Source: Fibrobacteria bacterium
GTDB taxonomy: Bacteria > Fibrobacterota > Fibrobacteria > UBA11236
DNA length: 64,000 bases
Direction of reading: 5' to 3'
Assembly (NCBI GenBank): GCA_035275285.1
Contig: DATENA010000338.1
Coordinates: 5,875-69,874 of the forward strand
The position numbers were made by a program, and so were the translations under genes. Within the stretch, counting starts at the first letter, position 1, and each line of letters starts with the position of its first letter. Below, one piece after another: positions 61,301 through 64,000 of the stretch. The notes beneath the pieces are model-generated. The model saw nothing but the letters and a program-made list of their open reading frames with translations, searched no databases and had not been told where the DNA came from.

Positions 61301-62354
61301 CAGCATGGAGACCCTGCAGAACCTGTTCAAGCGGACCCCGGAGAAGCGCGCGGCCAAGCGCAGCCAGGCCATGCAGGTCCAGATCAACGTGGAGACTTCG
61401 GGCCGGGGCAACAGCATCGAGACCGACATCCTGCGCCTGAACTACGTGGGGAACTTCTCCATGGCGGGCACCTATCCGTACGCGCTGGTCCAGGGGCGCA
61501 TCTCTTCCCAAAAAGGCGAGCTCGGAGTCAAGAAGCAGGCCTATGCCATCCGCCGCATGGACCTGAAATGGCTGAACACGCCCATGGAGGAGGGCAAGGT
61601 GGAGCTGGAGGCGCAGAAACGCCTCGCCCGCAACTGCGAAGCCGGCACCCTGGACTCCTGCAACATCACCACGCGCCTCACCGGCGAGCTGTCCGATCTG
61701 CAGTTCACCTACGACAGCGATTGCGAGGGCGCCAGCGGGGCCGGCGTGGAAGTCTCGGCCCTGGTCTATTCCGTGCGCCGCGGATGCTATTCCTCCGCCA
61801 TGCGGGGCGGCGGCTCGGGCCTGTCCTACGAGGAGCAGGCCCTGGGCCTGCTCGAACCCCTGGCCAGCGGCTACCTCTCGGATGCGTTCGGGAAGCTGTC
61901 CGGCCATTGGATCTCCAACGTCCAGGTCTCGGGCCTGGGATCCCTGGCCTCGGACAAGAAGAAGGCCGACACGGCGGGAACGTCCACGGCCCAGGAGGCG
62001 ATAGCGCTGGAACTACTCAGCAAGGAGTTCTGGCGCACGCGCCTGCGCGTCAAATCCGCGTACGCTCCCGAGAACGACGAGTCCAGCAATCCCTGGAACT
62101 ACCGCGTGGGCCTGGAGTGGCGGCCGCCCACCCCCGGCTTCATCGAGGATCCCAAGTGGAGGGAGCGGCTCAAGAACAACGTGAACGTGGAAGCGGCCAT
62201 TTTCACCGATCCGGACAGGACCCAGGAGAACCGGGAAGACGAGTCCCTCCGCAAGAGGCTGGGACTCAATTACACCTATGATTTCTGGGGGAGCTGGTGG
62301 GCCAAGAAGCGTGAGAACCTCAAGACCGCCCAAGCCCCGGACAGCACGCGATGA
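58356..62354 (+). CDS. tamB: TamB / AsmA-family translocation and assembly module protein (1332 aa)
   Basis: N-terminal signal-anchor ILAALGILAPVLFAAVYF, a long beta-rich body, and a DUF490-like C-terminal region (...LGLEWRP....). Coupled to the next gene by ATGA overlap. Confidence 0.7.
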   Translation: MHKWIKRILAALGILAPVLFAAVYFGGRWAAQKYLAEEIKVGEGRVRLVSPRFRWSLDLSADSALYLSPTLDVAAGRTVVSANLFRSLLRFGPSVTLDVDTLTLRIAPGPDTVKPKRDSIPFPEVRIPAAVLVRAGRILVSDTAGLLVRCDGLVLETQGPQGARLAIREAEARPLGGLRQSLAASAAWDDSTRVLARLAWRRAGDSISLDVRMPKANLLRAAAELRVHLASSRPYAEALKLPPAPRAEGFDAAFRATLGRTLSFEGGLDARVSGFPDSLPLKLGPQKLAVRLAFKDSAGTWSVKSRGDGGEDVDLGGTLYVTKADSLADPAWLARHAGATAKGHLRGFTVVAGGKRGQANLEVAGLRASGEAIQADIATGDGSRIAADLRLAAAAKPATRAAKTIKTANRAKGRQPASQPGLPDWNGTFSVRIAPGERWMVAFTDTNVVFKKAQVNGRIAGGEVTALVEASGLKAYGLMADSLRLVNRYGKGGYVLEPSHLVWRGVDWELAGRVGLDKPGRPMEFRMGNPKYGSVEAAMPRPDVMEARVRGLALEQSPYKGLDTLRANQPRVTADFQWDKPKRTGTASIKVDGRYKNETLQAVARAEWDAQTLTVSETRASLSGNEIHASAKVNLRGRQFYELAKLAKEDVEEASLGADRFDLAKAMAVAMPEPPLKSGVAIGRLGYGSAGGFSGACKLENIHLSGEEEKVAIKELAVAGKGDTLVIKAVTVSEEEPLLRDSATLAVAGILTPTQTLTLDARAGQGVFLDFRGTVKDFKDLKGRLGIRGDMALPKSSGELKNVKVRADIVMPFKDGIKGLRVEADTLGGVYVVAGLDTQTFSAPVKMEGGRITIPRLTVKSAGGAELRGRFELDPATKRMSGSLTGNSFAAQFGPGDRIKLRDLKLDLRGDSTVLDLQASIGSGSAEHIKAPMRAAGDFSRVSVTYRAPLGKDALGAPGGGRIPYVRVDAVLDSSELRYRLRSMETLQNLFKRTPEKRAAKRSQAMQVQINVETSGRGNSIETDILRLNYVGNFSMAGTYPYALVQGRISSQKGELGVKKQAYAIRRMDLKWLNTPMEEGKVELEAQKRLARNCEAGTLDSCNITTRLTGELSDLQFTYDSDCEGASGAGVEVSALVYSVRRGCYSSAMRGGGSGLSYEEQALGLLEPLASGYLSDAFGKLSGHWISNVQVSGLGSLASDKKKADTAGTSTAQEAIALELLSKEFWRTRLRVKSAYAPENDESSNPWNYRVGLEWRPPTPGFIEDPKWRERLKNNVNVEAAIFTDPDRTQENREDESLRKRLGLNYTYDFWGSWWAKKRENLKTAQAPDSTR

Positions 62355-64000
62355 AGGCTTGCATCCGAAGCATCGCCGGGGAGCGCGCCGTTCCCTGGTT
62401 CCGGGCGGCGGCCGCGGTGCTGGCCTTTCTGGGGCCGGCAGGCGCGGGCATCAACGTGAAGGTCACGGGCAATTCCTTCCTGCGCGATCGCCAGATCAAG
62501 GAGGTCCTGACCCCGGATCCCGAATCCTACAACAAGGACGGCATCCTCACCTGGCAGGAAGACGCGCAGTTCTACGCCGCCGACCTCTATCGCCGCAACG
62601 GCTTCTTCGACGCCAAGGTGGACGTGGACATCCGCCCGCGCGAAGGCGGGGGCAAGGAGGATTGGGACGCGCTCCTGACCATCCGGGAAGGCGAGCGTTA
62701 CCTGTACGATACCGTGCGGGTGGTGGTGGCGGAAGACACGTCCGCGGTGGACACCGTCAAGCTCGCCCCGCCGCAGACGGCCCTGATGGTGGATTCATCC
62801 GACCTGGAGGCCAGGAGGGGCGAACCCTACAAGGAGGAGCTGATCTTCCAGGATCGCCGTTTCCTGCTGCAACGGTACGGCAATTCCGGGTACGTGCGCG
62901 CCAAGGTCGACGACAAGGTGACGGTGAAGCCCGAATCCCGCACCGTGAAGGTGGACTACCTGGTGGAGCCCTCCTATCCCGTGATCTTCGACACCCTCAT
63001 CATCCGCAACCAAAGGGCCGAGCCCGCCGACAGCCTGGAGGGCATCACCCGCGACAAGCTGCTCCGCTCCCTGGTCAAATACGACAAGGGCGACACCGTG
63101 CGCATCTCCGGCACCGATCGGCTGATCGAGAAGCTCCAGTATACCGGGGCCTACAACTACGCGCGGATCAAGGACACCTTGCTGCCGGGCCCGGCCCATG
63201 CCAGCGGCCTCATCCTGCAACTGGAAGAACGGGTGCCCGGGAATTTCCGCACCTCGACCTTCTACGAAACCTATTCGGGGTTCGGCGTGTCCGCGGACGC
63301 GCGCCACAGCAATTTCGCCGGCAGCCTGAACGAGGTGCGCGGCGGCGGGGCCCTGGCCTCTCTGCGCCAATCCGTATACGCCGGCTACGGATCCCCGCTC
63401 GTCTTCGGCTACCTGATCCGGTTCGACGACGATTTCAGCATCAATTGGTACCAGGACCAGGACGTCCACAACCAGGGCACGGATTCCGCCGAAGGCCTGT
63501 TCGCGGGGGACTTCCGCGCCGTCAACAGCGCCAGGCTGACCTGGCCCTGGTCCTATTGGCTGCGGCTGGTGGGGAACGCGGAAGTGGAGGCGAAAAGCCG
63601 GATGCTCACCCAGGACAGACGCGAACGGTCCCTCAACCTCAACTTCATCGAGACCGCCTATTTCGCCTTCCTCAACCAGGCGCTGGACCCCACGCGCGGC
63701 GTCCGCTTCGCTCCCAGTTGGGGCAACGGCGGACCCCTGATCGAAGACAACCGTTTCCGGTTCACGGAATTCCGCCACAACTGGCTGGAGATCCAGACGG
63801 GCTATTACTACTACTACCCGCCGTTGAACCAGGTCAAGATCGCCCTGCGGCTGGACGGGGGGCGTTTTTTCGGGGAAGGCGGAACCAATTCCGATCGGTT
63901 CTTCCTGGGCGGAGGCCGGAGCGTCCGCAGTTACGGCTTCCGGGAGCTTTGCCCTGAAGTGGAAATCGATGAGAAGACGAAAGACGAGGTCTGTTCCACC
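62351..64000 (+). CDS. tamA: Omp85-family outer-membrane protein (TamA/BamA-like), 3' partial at window end
   Basis: Signal peptide, POTRA-like INVKVTGNSFLRDRQIKEVL, then beta-barrel strands (..YYYYYPP.., ..RSVRSYGF..). Runs off the window. Confidence 0.7.
   Translation, partial: MKACIRSIAGERAVPWFRAAAAVLAFLGPAGAGINVKVTGNSFLRDRQIKEVLTPDPESYNKDGILTWQEDAQFYAADLYRRNGFFDAKVDVDIRPREGGGKEDWDALLTIREGERYLYDTVRVVVAEDTSAVDTVKLAPPQTALMVDSSDLEARRGEPYKEELIFQDRRFLLQRYGNSGYVRAKVDDKVTVKPESRTVKVDYLVEPSYPVIFDTLIIRNQRAEPADSLEGITRDKLLRSLVKYDKGDTVRISGTDRLIEKLQYTGAYNYARIKDTLLPGPAHASGLILQLEERVPGNFRTSTFYETYSGFGVSADARHSNFAGSLNEVRGGGALASLRQSVYAGYGSPLVFGYLIRFDDDFSINWYQDQDVHNQGTDSAEGLFAGDFRAVNSARLTWPWSYWLRLVGNAEVEAKSRMLTQDRRERSLNLNFIETAYFAFLNQALDPTRGVRFAPSWGNGGPLIEDNRFRFTEFRHNWLEIQTGYYYYYPPLNQVKIALRLDGGRFFGEGGTNSDRFFLGGGRSVRSYGFRELCPEVEIDEKTKDEVCST

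Overview
This is a high-GC bacterial chromosomal window (roughly 65-70% GC outside a few AT-richer islands), apparently from a diderm organism; the GC values are by-eye estimates. No rRNA, tRNA or CRISPR array was recognised. Many long ORFs in the six-frame track are antisense or out-of-frame artefacts of the GC bias, and their Arg/Gly/Pro-rich translations are not listed as genes.

Core housekeeping content:
- hupB/ihf-like, clpS and an orphan murD.
- Glycine cleavage genes gcvH and gcvP.
- Lysine-branch genes asd and lysA, with a foreign low-GC island between them.
- proB-proA-hisI, then tilS-ftsH-folP.
- An Lhr helicase divergent from an AidB-like acyl-CoA dehydrogenase.

Accessory and regulatory content:
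- A low-GC two-gene island between asd and lysA: a 2TM protein with a GAF-like cytoplasmic domain, plus a small YezD-like ORF.
- Two copies of a roughly 120-145 bp composite palindromic intergenic element built from CAAAGTGCAAAA-type subrepeats, upstream of proB and tilS.
- A HAMP-DHp kinase-like protein that lacks an ATPase domain.
- An IS3-family remnant sitting beside a possible group II intron maturase fragment.
- A tripartite hipB-hipS-hipT toxin-antitoxin locus with three evenly spaced TATACC-N6-GGTATA operators.
- A vapBC pair whose start codon is overlapped by an 18-bp perfect palindrome.

The last third of the window is a complete type IV pilus (MSHA-like) cluster:
- An MshE/GspE-type ATPase carrying a c-di-GMP-binding motif.
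- A DUF4423-like regulator and a DUF2341/LamG lipoprotein.
- Secretin, PilP/O/N/M, five prepilin-type pilins and PilC.

It is followed by an outer-membrane beta-barrel protein, a roughly 1300-aa Big_1 repeat lipoprotein, and a TamB-TamA(Omp85) pair.
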